64,000 nucleotides of DNA from Candidatus Fermentibacterota bacterium (GTDB lineage: Bacteria > Fermentibacterota > Fermentibacteria > Fermentibacterales > JCC-6). Made by a program: the position numbers and the translations under genes. The stretch covers positions 576,001 through 640,000 of the forward strand of contig CAWJQI010000004.1 in the NCBI GenBank assembly GCA_963845085.1, written 5' to 3'. The notes below the pieces were generated by a model. The model was not told the origin of the DNA. It was given only the letters and a program-made list of their open reading frames with translations, and did no database searches. Positions 26,552 through 37,604 of the stretch are shown here, one piece after another (the first letter of the stretch is position 1; every line of letters begins with the position of its first letter).

Positions 26552-28491
26552 TGGGTTTTCCCGAACTGGTCCACTGAAAGCACCACGGGACCGGCCCCCT
26601 TGTTCAGAACAGCCTTGAGGGCGTCCTCGGCGAAAGACGGCAGCCTGGGTATCATCCTGTCCACTCTTGATGCGGCTCCCCCGACCGCCACAGAGACAGC
26701 GATCTCCCTCTCGCCCGAAATGAAGGGTCTTGCGCTGAAAGCCTCCATTATCCGAACGGCGTACGATTGAGCCGCAGCCCTGTCTGCACCCGGTATCGAG
26801 ACGAGGAACCTGCCGGGGGCGAAACGGGTTATCATGAAAGATCCGCCCAGTGCGTTCGCCATCCTCTCCGCGGATTCCCCGAGCACCTCGTCGCAAGCCC
26901 TCACACCGAACTCGCGGTTGAGCCCTCCGAACCCGGAGATGTCGACGGCGAGAACAGCTGCCGACATTCCCTTCCTTACCTCGGCCACGAGCCCGTGCAG
27001 TTCATCGTGGAAGGCGGCGTACCGGGGCAGCCCGGTGAGCCTGTCCAGCTCGGAGAGGGAATCGAGCCTCTCCAGTGCGACCATTCGGGCGGAGAATACC
27101 CCGAACACCGCCCCTACTGCCTCGAGCTGCTTCGAATGCTCGGGGGTCAGCTCCGTCTCGCTTGCACTTTCGACAAGAAGAACCCCGAATACGGACCTGT
27201 CCGAAAACAGCGGTACGGCGCAGCAGGAGCCCACCTGCCTCTGCGGGTCTTCTTCGGTGGCGAAGGATCGGATGCTCGAATCCCCCCGCCCCATGCCTTT
27301 GCGGAGAACGACTCTCCGGTTCGAGACAGCCCACCCCGCAACACCCTTGTCAGCCGGAAAGAGCCTGCCCCTTCTTCCGGAGCTCAGTGCGCCAAGCGTT
27401 TCATAGACCTGAAGCCCCCTTCCGTCCTCGGTCAGGACTGCGACGGTCACGGTGGCCCTGTGAATGTGTCTGGCCAGATTCACGACCATGGCATGGACTG
27501 CGGCCTTGAGGTCGACCGCCGAACCCAGTTCAAGACACATCTCGGCAAGCATGCCTGCAGCCGGTCCGGAGTTGTCCTCCCAGGCCGCCGACAACACGCC
27601 GGCAGCGTCAAGAAGCATCTCTCCGGCCTCGACCGGCGCAGGCCTGCTGAAGAAATCACAGAGGTAGAAGCCTCCGGTCACGCCGCCCCTGTTCAGCGGC
27701 ACCATCACCGTGCTTGCCGTACCGGGATCTTCGGTGTACCAGGGCAGCCTTCTTTCCGCAGTTATGTCGACAGAGACTATGCCCCCGGCAGAAAGTGCAG
27801 CTGCTGAGAAGGGGTCGGCAGTGCCCGGGCGGAACGATGTGGCGACCGTCCCGGAGGAGGCAAGGTAATCGGAGATCCTCAGCCCTTCCTCCCCATCCCG
27901 GACAACGAGGAAGACGCCGTTTGCACCTGTCGCCCGGTGAAGGAGCGGCAGCATGCTTCTCGCCACATCCTCGGGAAACACCTCGGGCCGGGCGAAACGG
28001 GAGGGACCCGCGGACTGTGCTCCGGGACGGGTGCGGCGCTCAAGTAGAAGGTCGGCGAACAGCATGCTGAAAAACGGCGCCGCAAAGGCTGCAAGCCCTC
28101 CCGGCAGAAGGTTGAGAAGGACCACCGCGCTTCCCCAGCCGGGGGAGAGATAACCGAGCAGCTCGGTGACTGAGACCGCAATTCCGGCGTGGTAAAGCGG
28201 GCCGGCTATCGTTGGCATGCGCATCCATGCGAAAAGCATCGGAAATGCCACCACTGCCGGTGTGAACGGACCGCCCAGAAGCCTGACGGCAAGCGTCACG
28301 GCGGCTGAAACGGACAGGACGACCCCCGGTTTCGGAGTGCTGTCCTTCATGTAGAGGTGCCCTGCATAGAAAACAGCTGCTCCCAGAATGACTGCACCTG
28401 CCGCGTATCCGGCAATCGTGCCCGGCCTGGGGCAGCCGAGTGCCAGAACGGCGAAGCTCAAATAGGATATGATGTAGAGCAGATTCTCCAT
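26545..28491 (-). CDS. Membrane protein with GAF domains and a degenerate GGDEF domain
   Basis: N-terminal TMs, two GAF-like regions, DRLTGLP...DISGFGGLNREFG; active site reads RFAPGRF. Confidence 0.8.
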   Translation of the reverse strand: MENLLYIISYLSFAVLALGCPRPGTIAGYAAGAVILGAAVFYAGHLYMKDSTPKPGVVLSVSAAVTLAVRLLGGPFTPAVVAFPMLFAWMRMPTIAGPLYHAGIAVSVTELLGYLSPGWGSAVVLLNLLPGGLAAFAAPFFSMLFADLLLERRTRPGAQSAGPSRFARPEVFPEDVARSMLPLLHRATGANGVFLVVRDGEEGLRISDYLASSGTVATSFRPGTADPFSAAALSAGGIVSVDITAERRLPWYTEDPGTASTVMVPLNRGGVTGGFYLCDFFSRPAPVEAGEMLLDAAGVLSAAWEDNSGPAAGMLAEMCLELGSAVDLKAAVHAMVVNLARHIHRATVTVAVLTEDGRGLQVYETLGALSSGRRGRLFPADKGVAGWAVSNRRVVLRKGMGRGDSSIRSFATEEDPQRQVGSCCAVPLFSDRSVFGVLLVESASETELTPEHSKQLEAVGAVFGVFSARMVALERLDSLSELDRLTGLPRYAAFHDELHGLVAEVRKGMSAAVLAVDISGFGGLNREFGVRACDEVLGESAERMANALGGSFMITRFAPGRFLVSIPGADRAAAQSYAVRIMEAFSARPFISGEREIAVSVAVGGAASRVDRMIPRLPSFAEDALKAVLNKGAGPVVLSVDQFGKTQC

Positions 28492-28530
28492 GAAGCGAAT
28501 GTAACGAAAACCCGGGTGAAGATGGAGGGG

Positions 28531-28559
28531 TTGACTTGGCTCTGCGCAGCTGAGATTAT
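28531..28559 (+). promoter_or_regulatory. Putative sigma70 promoter of rho
   Basis: TTGACT-N17-GATTAT with a TG extension. Confidence 0.4.
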
Positions 28560-28672
28560 TACGTTGTCAGTTTGGCGCAGGCCAGTTCCAGGAACAATCC
28601 ATTCAAGCCTTCAGCCTCAACCTTGTTGGCCAACCTGTTTTCCGCCTGAGTCGCGGTAGAATCTCATGAGAA

Positions 28673-30055
28673 TTGTATAGAAACACCCGACAGCAGAAGA
28701 AGAAGGATCCCGCCCTTCCCCGGGAACCCCGGGAATACAGGGAACCTGAAGCTCCGCAAGCACAGTCCAGATCAAGGGGCGCTCATCCAGCCTTCACCGG
28801 ACCCACTTCCAGCGAATTCGAAAGCAAGACCATGGCAGAACTCCAGACCCTCGCCCGCGAAAGCGGCATCAAGAGGGTTTCGGGCGTGCGAAAAAGCGAG
28901 CTCATTCAAAGCCTCCTCGAGGCCTCCGCGGAAAAGAACGGGTTCGACTACGCCAGGGGAGTTCTCGAGGTTCTCGGCGAAGGTTACGGCTTTCTAAGGT
29001 CACCGGAGTGCAACTATCTTCCGGGAGTCGAGGATGTGTACGTCTCCCCGTCGCAGATAAAGAAGTTCTCACTTCTCACGGGCGACACCATTACCGGCCA
29101 GGCCAGGCGTCCAAGGGAGGGCGAGAAGTACTTCGCCCTTGTCAGGGTCGAAAACATCAACGGGCTCAACCCCGAAGCCAGCAGAAGCCGCAGGAAGTTC
29201 GACGACCTTACACCCTTCTACCCTGAAGAGAAGTTCTCCCTCGAAACATCTCCCGATGAATACTGCGGCCGCATAATGGATCTCCTCGCCCCCATCGGAA
29301 AAGGTCAGAGAGCCCTGATCGTCTCACCCCCGAGGGCCGGAAAGACCATTCTGCTGCAGCACATTGCCAATGCGATCACCGCCACCAGCCCCGAGTCTCA
29401 CCTGATCATCCTCCTTATTGATGAACGACCCGAGGAAGTGACGGACATGAAGAGAAACGTCAAGGGCGAGGTGATCAGCTCCACCTTCGACGAGGCCCCG
29501 AAACGCCATGTCCACATTGCCGACCTGGTCCTCGAAAAGGCGAAGCGGATGGTCGAATGCGGAAGGGACGTTGTCATTCTGCTTGACAGCATCACACGTC
29601 TCGCAAGGGCAAACAACCAGGTCGTCCCCCACTCGGGCAAGATTCTGTCCGGCGGTGTTGACTCGAACGCCCTTCAGCGCCCGAAACGGTTTTTCGGAGC
29701 CGCACGGAACATCGTTGAGGGAGGCAGCCTGACGATCGTGGGCACCGCGCTCGTCGATACCGGCAGCCGGATGGATGAAGTGATATTCGAGGAATTCAAG
29801 GGCACGGGCAACTGCGAGATAGTGCTGGACAGACGGCTGGCCGACCGCAGAATATTCCCCGCCATTGACATAACCCGATCCGGAACCCGCAGGGAGGATC
29901 TGCTCTTCTCCGAAGACACCCTCAGCCGGGTCTGGGTCATTCGCAAGATTCTTGTCGAGATGAACCCGGTGGAAGCCATGGAAACCCTGAAGAAGCAGCT
30001 TTCCAAACACAGTTCCAACAAGCGCTTCCTTGACAACCTGGTCACATCGGAATAG
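28673..30055 (+). CDS. rho: Transcription termination factor Rho
   Basis: [62 protein letters not shown]. Confidence 0.98.
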   Translation: MYRNTRQQKKKDPALPREPREYREPEAPQAQSRSRGAHPAFTGPTSSEFESKTMAELQTLARESGIKRVSGVRKSELIQSLLEASAEKNGFDYARGVLEVLGEGYGFLRSPECNYLPGVEDVYVSPSQIKKFSLLTGDTITGQARRPREGEKYFALVRVENINGLNPEASRSRRKFDDLTPFYPEEKFSLETSPDEYCGRIMDLLAPIGKGQRALIVSPPRAGKTILLQHIANAITATSPESHLIILLIDERPEEVTDMKRNVKGEVISSTFDEAPKRHVHIADLVLEKAKRMVECGRDVVILLDSITRLARANNQVVPHSGKILSGGVDSNALQRPKRFFGAARNIVEGGSLTIVGTALVDTGSRMDEVIFEEFKGTGNCEIVLDRRLADRRIFPAIDITRSGTRREDLLFSEDTLSRVWVIRKILVEMNPVEAMETLKKQLSKHSSNKRFLDNLVTSE

Positions 30056-30087
30056 ATTCTGGCGGTTTTTTCCATGGAGGATTTGAA

Positions 30088-30312
30088 GTGAAAAAGGGCA
30101 TTCATCCCAATTACAAACCGGCCGTGTTTTCCTGCGCGTGCGGCAACACGGTGCACACCCATTCCACAGTGGGTGACGTGAAGTATGACATCTGCTCGGC
30201 CTGCCATCCCTTCTATACCGGCAAGCAGAAGCTGATCGATTCCGCCGGCCGTGTGGACAAGTACATGCGCAAATACGGCTTGAACAAGGAAGACAAAACC
30301 GGCGGGAACTAA
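30088..30312 (+). CDS. rpmE: 50S ribosomal protein L31 (zinc-binding type)
   Basis: [31 protein letters not shown]. Confidence 0.97.
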   Translation: MKKGIHPNYKPAVFSCACGNTVHTHSTVGDVKYDICSACHPFYTGKQKLIDSAGRVDKYMRKYGLNKEDKTGGN

Positions 30313-30332
30313 CCCTGCACGGAAGAGTTGTG

Positions 30333-30360
30333 GCGGGGGGCGTGCGCGCCCCCCGCTTTC
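30333..30360 (+). terminator. Intrinsic terminator-like hairpin after rpmE
   Basis: Perfect 10-bp stem GCGGGGGGCG-TGCG-CGCCCCCCGC followed by TTTC. Confidence 0.65.
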
Positions 30361-30381
30361 GCTCATGGACGGGAGGCCCAG

Positions 30382-31311
30382 TTGCCTGCTTCGAGTTCCC
30401 TTGGCGGACAAGCCCTGGTCGAGGGGGTTTTCATGCGTTCCCCCGCGGGCTCCGCAGCGGCGGTGAGAATGGCGGACGGCAGGATCCTGGCAAGGCGTTT
30501 CAGCATCCCTCTCCTCTCGGCAAAAGGTGCGATATGGAAGAAGCCGGTATTCCGTGGAGCCGCCTCCCTGATCGATTCGATGAGGCTGGGATTCACCGCC
30601 CTGAACTGGTCGGCCGAAGCCGCTGAAGGCAGGCAGGGCAAGGGTGGAAGCAGCTGGCTGACAACCGCAGTTGCTGTTGTTTTCGCTGTCGCGCTCTTTT
30701 CATGGCTTCCCCTCAGGCTCTCCCAGTGGGTTGTCCCCGGCGCCGGATCCGGCGGTCAGTTCGCTGTTCATCTGATCGCGGGCTTTCTGAGGATGCTTTT
30801 CTTTCTCCTCTACATCATCGGGATATCCCTGATGCCCGATGTGAAACGCCTTTTCGCGTACCACGGCGCCGAGCACCAGGTGATCCACGCCTGGGAGGAC
30901 GGCGAGGAGGACCTTGCGACAGCGGCTGACGGCAGGAACCCCGTTCACCCCCGATGCGGAACCAGTTTCCTTCTCTACGCAATGATCATCACGATCCTGT
31001 TCTACACGGTCGTGGACTCCGCAGTGGTGGCCTTTCTGAAGGTATCCCCCGGACCGCTGATCCGGGTTCTCTACCATCTTCCGCTCATCCCCCTGGTCAT
31101 GGGGCTTTCATACGAGGTGCTCAAAGTGGCTGACCGCAACATCGAAACGTCGGCTGTTGCCAGAGCGTTCGCAGCACCGGGGCTTCTTATGCAGAGGCTC
31201 ACAACGAGAAAGGCCGACCCGAAAATGCTCGAGGTCGCCGCAGTTGCTGCAGCGCTCGCCCTCGGGCGGACCCTCGGGGAAAACCCGATCGTGGAGATGG
31301 CGGAGTGCTGA
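30382..31311 (+). CDS. DUF1385 family membrane protein
   Basis: [36 protein letters not shown] start after GGAGG. Confidence 0.9.
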   Translation: MPASSSLGGQALVEGVFMRSPAGSAAAVRMADGRILARRFSIPLLSAKGAIWKKPVFRGAASLIDSMRLGFTALNWSAEAAEGRQGKGGSSWLTTAVAVVFAVALFSWLPLRLSQWVVPGAGSGGQFAVHLIAGFLRMLFFLLYIIGISLMPDVKRLFAYHGAEHQVIHAWEDGEEDLATAADGRNPVHPRCGTSFLLYAMIITILFYTVVDSAVVAFLKVSPGPLIRVLYHLPLIPLVMGLSYEVLKVADRNIETSAVARAFAAPGLLMQRLTTRKADPKMLEVAAVAAALALGRTLGENPIVEMAEC

Positions 31312-32381
31312 ACAACGTAAGGATCGATGCCATCCGCGAGCGGATCTCCCAGATTGACGACAAACTCTGCGAATCCGACACTCAAAGGAATCCAAGGCTT
31401 CTCAGGGAGCTGAACACCGAACGCACCTCCCTTGCCCGGATCCTTGAAGCTCTGGTCGCGATCCAGGATTCACGCAACCTGATGGAGGAGATGCGTGAAG
31501 CAGCGAGCGGCGATGACGAGGAACTCAGGGAGCTCGCGAGGGAGGAGATCCCCCAGATCGAGGAAAGGCTCAGGACGCTTGAGTCGCGCCTGAGAATTCT
31601 TCTCATTCCACCCGATCCCAACGATGCCCGCAACGTTGTGATGGAGATCCGTGCCGGAACCGGCGGCGAAGAGGCAGCCCTGTTCGCCGGCAGCATCTAC
31701 GGGATGTACATGGCATACGCCCTGGGAAAGGGCTGGAGGATCGAAACTCTCAGCTCAAGGGAGAGCGAGAAGGGCGGCTTCAGGGAAATCGTGTTCGGCC
31801 TTGCAGGCGAATGCGCATACAGCCGGATGAAGTACGAGGCTGGGGTCCACAGGGTGCAGAGAGTACCCGAAACTGAGAGCTCGGGCAGGATCCACACATC
31901 CGCATGCACTGTTGCCGTTCTTCCTGAGGCTGAGGATGTAGAAGTCGAGATAGATCAGGAAGACCTCAGGATAGACGTTTTCCGCTCTTCCGGCCCGGGG
32001 GGGCAGAGCGTCAACACCACCGACAGCGCTGTGCGCATCACCCACATCCCTTCGGGTATCGTTGTGAGCTGTCAGGATGAGAAAAGCCAGCACAAGAACC
32101 GTGCACAGGCCATGAAGGTGCTTCGATCAAGGCTTCTTGCCGCCAGGCAGGAGGAGGAGATGGCAAAAAGGTCTGAAACCCGGAAAAGCATGATCGGCTC
32201 GGGTGACCGGAGCGCCAAGATCCGCACCTACAATTTCCCGCAGGGAAGGGTGACGGATCACCGGATCCACCTCACGCTTCACAACCTGCAGGGAATCCTT
32301 CAGGGGGACCTTGATCAGCTCATCGACGCCCTGGTCGCAGCCGACCAGGAGAAAATGCTCTCGGATCGATCTACAAAATGA
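31305..32381 (+). CDS. prfA: Peptide chain release factor 1
   Basis: [22 protein letters not shown] (PxT), [15 protein letters not shown]. Confidence 0.97.
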   Translation: MLNNVRIDAIRERISQIDDKLCESDTQRNPRLLRELNTERTSLARILEALVAIQDSRNLMEEMREAASGDDEELRELAREEIPQIEERLRTLESRLRILLIPPDPNDARNVVMEIRAGTGGEEAALFAGSIYGMYMAYALGKGWRIETLSSRESEKGGFREIVFGLAGECAYSRMKYEAGVHRVQRVPETESSGRIHTSACTVAVLPEAEDVEVEIDQEDLRIDVFRSSGPGGQSVNTTDSAVRITHIPSGIVVSCQDEKSQHKNRAQAMKVLRSRLLAARQEEEMAKRSETRKSMIGSGDRSAKIRTYNFPQGRVTDHRIHLTLHNLQGILQGDLDQLIDALVAADQEKMLSDRSTK

Positions 32382-33202
32382 ACCTTCACGAGCTGGTGAA
32401 GGAACTTTCCGCCATCCTCTCCGGCACCGGGGAATCCCGGATGGAAGCAAAACTGATCGCTGCCAGCCTTTTCGACGGTGACCAGGCAAAAATGTACAGC
32501 AGGTACCGGACCGAGGTGTCCCCGGAAGACGAAGCCCGCCTTCGGCATGCCGCTGCAAGACGGGCGCGGGGGGAACCCCTGCAGCACATACTGGGCGAGT
32601 CCTGGTTCTATGGAAGAAGGTTCAGGTCGGACTCGCGCGCACTTGTGCCGCGGCCTGAAACAGAGGTGCTTGTCGCGGCGGTGCTCGCTGAATCCCTTCC
32701 TCCCGCACCTTACATCCTCGACGTCGGCACCGGCAGCGGAGTGATCGGCATAACACTGGCCCTCGAACTCCCGGGCAGCACGGTCACCGGAACGGAGAAC
32801 TCTTCCGCGGCCGCATCACTCGCACGGGAGAACGCACTTCTGCACAACGCCCGAAACTACAGTGTTGTCGAGACGGATTTGACCCGCGGTATCGACCGGC
32901 GTTTTCATGCAGTGGTCGCGAACCTTCCCTACATCCCCACCGCCGACATCGCAGGCCTGATGAGGGAGGTCTCGTTCGACCCGGTGACGGCACTTGACGG
33001 CGGACCTTCGGGGCTCGACTGTATAGGCAGGCTGACAAGGAGTGCGGGAGATGTTCTGCTACCCGCCGGCCTCATGGCGCTGGAGATCGGGTACGACCAG
33101 GCGGAGGGGGTTTGTGCGCTTCTCGGCGGATGGAACCGGACCGTGGTTCACAGGGATCTGACGGGAAAACCGAGGGTCGTCACCGCAAGGATTGGGGGTT
33201 GA
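32378..33202 (+). CDS. prmC: Release factor glutamine methyltransferase
   Basis: [28 protein letters not shown]; follows prfA. Confidence 0.95.
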   Translation: MNLHELVKELSAILSGTGESRMEAKLIAASLFDGDQAKMYSRYRTEVSPEDEARLRHAAARRARGEPLQHILGESWFYGRRFRSDSRALVPRPETEVLVAAVLAESLPPAPYILDVGTGSGVIGITLALELPGSTVTGTENSSAAASLARENALLHNARNYSVVETDLTRGIDRRFHAVVANLPYIPTADIAGLMREVSFDPVTALDGGPSGLDCIGRLTRSAGDVLLPAGLMALEIGYDQAEGVCALLGGWNRTVVHRDLTGKPRVVTARIGG

Positions 33203-34277
33203 TCTGGCCAGCTCAATGCAGGTAACCGCAGGCGGGCTTCTCCTGGGCGGAGGGGCTCCTGTCGCGGTGCAGTCCATGACCAACACCCCGACTACCGATG
33301 TCAAAGCAACACGCGGGCAGATCCGGGCCCTTGCGTCGGCCGGGGCTTCCCTTGTAAGGGTGTCCGTTCCCGACGAGGCCTCTGCCAGGGCCCTCCCGGA
33401 GATACTCGCCGATTCGCCCGTTCCGCTCGTGGCTGACATTCACTTCCAGGCCCGCCTGGCCCTGCTGTCCCTTGATGCGGGCATTCACAAACTGAGGCTG
33501 AATCCGGGCAACATCCGCCGAAAGGCCGATGTGCGGCGCATAGCAGAAAAAGCGGGCGAACTCGGGGTCCCCATCAGGGTGGGGGTCAATTCGGGAAGCA
33601 TTCCCGGCGACATCAGGGAAAGGTACGGCACTGGGGCCGACGCCCTGTGGGCTGCCGCAGAGAGGCATCTCGAGCTTTTGAGGGAAGTCGGGTTCACACA
33701 GGTAGTGGTTTCCATCAAGGCATCCGACCCGATGCTGACCGTCGAGGCCAACCTGAAGGCGGCGGCGCTGTGCGACAACCCCTTTCACCTCGGGGTCACC
33801 GAGGCCGGTCCGCCATCCACGGCAGGTGTGAGAAGCGCCGTGGCCATGGCTCTTCTTCTCTCGAAGGGCGTCGGCGACACCATCAGGGTGTCGGCGTCGG
33901 GTTCGCCCCTCGTGGAACCCCCGTTGGGTCTTGAAATATTATCTTCTCTTGGTTTGCTTCGCAGGGCGAGGGTGGTGAGCTGTCCCACCTGCGCCAGGAC
34001 AAGGCTTGACGTGGCGGCGCTTGCCGAGGAGGTGGGGCTTGCCCTTCGCACCTGCGAAAAGCCCATAACCGTTGCGGTCATGGGCTGCGAGGTGAATGGC
34101 CCCGGAGAGGCCCGGGAAGCCGATATTGCACTGATTGGAACCCCCACGGGAATACTTCTCTGGCTTGGAGGCAAGGCTGCGGGAGAGGTTGCACCGGAAC
34201 TGGCACTTCAAACCCTGATGAGGGAGATCGCGAGGATTTCCGCGACGGGAGGATGCAGTGAACGAGAACACGGTTGA
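33192..34277 (+). CDS. ispG: (E)-4-hydroxy-3-methylbut-2-enyl-diphosphate synthase
   Basis: VQSMTNT, VADIHF, RLNPGN, HLGVTEAG, SCPTCAR, VMGCEVNGPGEA. Confidence 0.97.
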   Translation: MGVDLASSMQVTAGGLLLGGGAPVAVQSMTNTPTTDVKATRGQIRALASAGASLVRVSVPDEASARALPEILADSPVPLVADIHFQARLALLSLDAGIHKLRLNPGNIRRKADVRRIAEKAGELGVPIRVGVNSGSIPGDIRERYGTGADALWAAAERHLELLREVGFTQVVVSIKASDPMLTVEANLKAAALCDNPFHLGVTEAGPPSTAGVRSAVAMALLLSKGVGDTIRVSASGSPLVEPPLGLEILSSLGLLRRARVVSCPTCARTRLDVAALAEEVGLALRTCEKPITVAVMGCEVNGPGEAREADIALIGTPTGILLWLGGKAAGEVAPELALQTLMREIARISATGGCSEREHG

Positions 34278-35682
34278 GGCCGTAAGAAAAAGACTTGCAG
34301 ATCGGAACATCGAGGAAATTGATATCCGCTTCTGTGATCTGCTGGGTTTCTGGAGGCATGTCACTCTGCCGGTGGCTCTCGGTGACACCGACCTTTTCAA
34401 GCGGGGCGTTGGGTTCGACGGCTCAACGCTTGACGGAATGACGGCCACCGAGGCCGGCGACCTCTGCCTGGTGCCCGATCCCAGAAGGATCTTCTTCGAT
34501 CCGTTCATGAAAAAGCCAACGGCTGCATTCATCGGCGACATCATCCATCCCGATTCCGGAAGACCGTTCTCACGCGACCCGAGGGGGGTTGCGAAGAAGG
34601 CTGCTGAGCTTGCCAGATTCGAGGGTGCCGCCACCGAAACGTACTGGGCGCCCGAGTTCGAGTTCTACCTGTTCGACAAGGCTGCGTTCTGGGCAAGAAC
34701 GGGCACCGCGGGATATTCATTCGAGCACATTGAGATGCCGTCGGCCGCCGAGCATTCGCAGAACATGGGGCTGGTGCACTCAACCCATTCCGCCTACCAC
34801 ATGATGACCCCGCTCGACAGCATGCACGACCTCCGCTCCGAGATGGCCTCGCATATGACTGCGGCAGGCATCCCGGTGAAATACCATCACCACGAGGTGG
34901 GAAGGTTCGGCCAGTGTGAGATCGAGACCAGGTTCATGCCGATGCTCAACGCCGCCGACACGATAATGATCACCAAGCACATCGTTCGGAACGTCGCCAT
35001 GCGGGGCAACATGGCCTCGACATTCATGGCGAAGCCGCTCCCCGGCCAGCCCGGCAGCGGCATGCACTTCCACATCTACTTCGAGAAAAACGGCGAGAGA
35101 ACCTTCTTCGACAGGGATGGGTACTGCTGCCTCAGCTCCACTGCCAGGAGCGCCATCGCCGGCATACTGCATCATGCTCCGGCGCTCTGCGCCTTCACGA
35201 ACCCCAGCGTGAACAGCTACCACCGGCTTGTTCCGGCCCAGGAGGCGCCTGTCTACAGGTTCTTCAGCGGACCCAACCGCAGCAGCGCCATCAGGGTGCC
35301 CGCCTACGCGAGAACACCGCAGAAGATGAGGTTCGAGTACCGCGTTCCCGACGGAACGTCAAATCCGTACCTTTGCACTGCGGCAATTCTCATGGCGGCA
35401 CTTGACGGAATCCGCAACAACATGGAGCCGGAGAAGATGGGTTTCGGCCCCATCGACGCCAACGTGTTTGCACCGGGGTACGACACCTCCCTCCTTTCCA
35501 GGCTTCCTGAAAACCTCGGGCAGGCTCTTGACGCCCTCACGAAGGACAGGTCCTTCCTCGAGGAGAACGGTGTCTTCGAGGCCGACCTGATAGACAGTCT
35601 GCTCGAGGTAAAGCGCGAGGAACTCAGGGGATTCAGCGGAAACCCACACCCCATGGAACACATGCTCTATTTCTCACTGTAG
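34258..35682 (+). CDS. glnA: Glutamine synthetase type I
   Basis: FDGS, PEFEFY, HHEV..GQCE, TFMAKP..GSGMHFH, NSYHRLVP, NRSSAIRVP, RFEYRVPD. Confidence 0.95.
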   Translation: MNENTVEAVRKRLADRNIEEIDIRFCDLLGFWRHVTLPVALGDTDLFKRGVGFDGSTLDGMTATEAGDLCLVPDPRRIFFDPFMKKPTAAFIGDIIHPDSGRPFSRDPRGVAKKAAELARFEGAATETYWAPEFEFYLFDKAAFWARTGTAGYSFEHIEMPSAAEHSQNMGLVHSTHSAYHMMTPLDSMHDLRSEMASHMTAAGIPVKYHHHEVGRFGQCEIETRFMPMLNAADTIMITKHIVRNVAMRGNMASTFMAKPLPGQPGSGMHFHIYFEKNGERTFFDRDGYCCLSSTARSAIAGILHHAPALCAFTNPSVNSYHRLVPAQEAPVYRFFSGPNRSSAIRVPAYARTPQKMRFEYRVPDGTSNPYLCTAAILMAALDGIRNNMEPEKMGFGPIDANVFAPGYDTSLLSRLPENLGQALDALTKDRSFLEENGVFEADLIDSLLEVKREELRGFSGNPHPMEHMLYFSL

Positions 35683-35695
35683 GGGAGAACGAATC

Positions 35696-36823
35696 ATGAA
35701 ATATGTCATTCTACCGATGATGGCGCTGATGCTGCTCTTCTCGTGCGGCACCCAGGAGGAACCAGTGGAAGCCGCGGAAGAAGAGACCGTTGAAGGCTTC
35801 CCCGAAGTTGATGAGTGGCTCTCCATCACCGATTCCATAGGTGTGGAGCTGGGCGACAGCAACCTTGTTCTCGGCATGCCGGCGGTGGCCGCCTGGATGC
35901 CGGGTAACCGCATAGCCGTAATGGATATGCAAAAGTTCAGGGTATCCGTTTTCACACCCGACGGCGAGTTCATTTCCTCCGTCGGACGAATGGGCAGCGG
36001 TCCCGGCGAGTTCCTTCTTCCCTCATGGCTCTCCGTGACACCGTCGGGAGGTCTTGCCGTGTGCGATGCCATGGCGGGCGAGCTCGACTTCTTCAGCCCG
36101 GAACTGGAATACACGGGCAGCCTCAGCGGGTTTTTCCCCTCCCCGCCGGTGATCACCGTTTTCCTCACTGATTCCGTATTCGTTGGAATGAAGCCGGAAT
36201 TCGAGCAGAACGACCAGGGGATGTTCATGGGCTACTCCGTATCCCGCTATCACATCGCATCTCCCGAACCAGAAGTTGTCTACTACAACGAACTCTCACC
36301 CTTCGACCCTTCGGACATGTCGGGCATCACCGGCAACATGGTTGTCTTTGCGGCATCCCCCGAAGGAAATGTCTACACGACCGTCTTCTCAACCGAGGAA
36401 TACTCCTTCGATGCCTGGAATCCCGACGGAACACCTCTCTTCTCGGTGAGCGAACCCTTCACGAGTGTGGAGAAAAGCCAGGAGGACATCGATCTGGAGA
36501 GGCAGTTCGTAAGGGACCGCATGCGCCAGGGCGGCGCGCCCGACTTCATGGTGGAATCCTACGAACCCGATCCCTTCAGGTACGCCATCGGTTCTCTCGG
36601 CATAGCACCGGACGGCAATCTCTGGGTGGGCTCCGGCCTCTACAACCACCCCGTTTTCAGGGTGTACGACCCCCTGAACGGCGAATACCTCTTCACCGCC
36701 GCTCTCGAATCTCCCGCAGAGAGCCTTGACTACACTGTGCAGATGAACAGCTGGGGATTCACGGCCATTGACCAGATGTCGGGTGACTGGCCCCGGGTAT
36801 ACGTGCTGGAGGAGGGGAACTGA
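35696..36823 (+). CDS. Acidic lipoprotein, 6-bladed beta-propeller (NHL-like)
   Basis: Lipobox LFSC; VFTPDGEFISSVGRMGSGPGEF. Confidence 0.75.
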   Translation: MKYVILPMMALMLLFSCGTQEEPVEAAEEETVEGFPEVDEWLSITDSIGVELGDSNLVLGMPAVAAWMPGNRIAVMDMQKFRVSVFTPDGEFISSVGRMGSGPGEFLLPSWLSVTPSGGLAVCDAMAGELDFFSPELEYTGSLSGFFPSPPVITVFLTDSVFVGMKPEFEQNDQGMFMGYSVSRYHIASPEPEVVYYNELSPFDPSDMSGITGNMVVFAASPEGNVYTTVFSTEEYSFDAWNPDGTPLFSVSEPFTSVEKSQEDIDLERQFVRDRMRQGGAPDFMVESYEPDPFRYAIGSLGIAPDGNLWVGSGLYNHPVFRVYDPLNGEYLFTAALESPAESLDYTVQMNSWGFTAIDQMSGDWPRVYVLEEGN

Positions 36824-37071
36824 ACCTTCTGATCGTGCTGCTGTTGTCCTTCGAATCGGGTTATGCCGCCTCCGGGGACAGCAGCAGCGTGATCATCGAC
36901 CTTTTGCCGGATTTCATCTCACAGCCCGTCGGGGATATTGTCGAACGGGTTTCCGAGATCGTATCTGCATGGGAAAGCCTCGGTTTTGAAAATTCGAACT
37001 GGGAGGTGCGGATCAACCCCTACGATCCGCTGTCCGGAATATCGACGGTCAAGATCAGGTTGAACTTCTGA
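36820..37071 (+). CDS. Small hypothetical protein, possible CTG start
   Basis: Fills the gap between the propeller and cyclase genes; CTG overlapping the upstream TGA after GGAGG gives a signal-like MNLLIVLLLSF; alternative GTG start 36835. Confidence 0.45.
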   Translation: MNLLIVLLLSFESGYAASGDSSSVIIDLLPDFISQPVGDIVERVSEIVSAWESLGFENSNWEVRINPYDPLSGISTVKIRLNF

Positions 37072-37604
37072 GCAGAATCGCCCTCACGGGGGAACCGTCG
37101 CCCCCGACTATTCGAAGCGGAAGGCAGACGAGGGTGTAGTGCCCGGGCTGCACGCCGTCGAGAAGAAGGTTCTCCACAATCGGCACCCCGGCTCCGAGCA
37201 GCGCGACATGAGCGTCCTCACATCCCTCCGCGTCAATGGACATTTCCGAAGTGCCCACCAGTTCGGCATCCTTCCGCCACAAGCCTGGAAGCCTCGTCGC
37301 CGGTAATGCTGCGCTGAAGCAGTACGGCGCATCCCCTCACCTTCCCGGGGGGATCCGCGCATACAAGCGCCGGAAGAACCATTTTGTCCAGCGGGATCAT
37401 GTCGATCGGCATGCCGCCGGGTATCCTGTGAAGCGGGGCGTCCATGTGCGTGCCCGAATGGGCGCTCATCCTCAGCCTGGAAACCGTGAACCCGCCCTGA
37501 ACGACTTCCGTTCTCCTGAAGGGGGCATCCCCGGGCCAGGGAACTGTATCTGAGGAAAGGGGCTTGGTGATGTCTATCGCATCACAGCCTGTCATGGGCT
37601 TCAC
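37055..37604 (-). CDS. Cyclase / kynurenine formamidase-like metallohydrolase (frameshift near 37262)
   Basis: WPGD and HSGTHMDAPLH in ORF 37233-37604; SID...AHVALL..IVENL...LPLRIVGGDGSPVRA in ORF 37055-37282. Confidence 0.85.
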
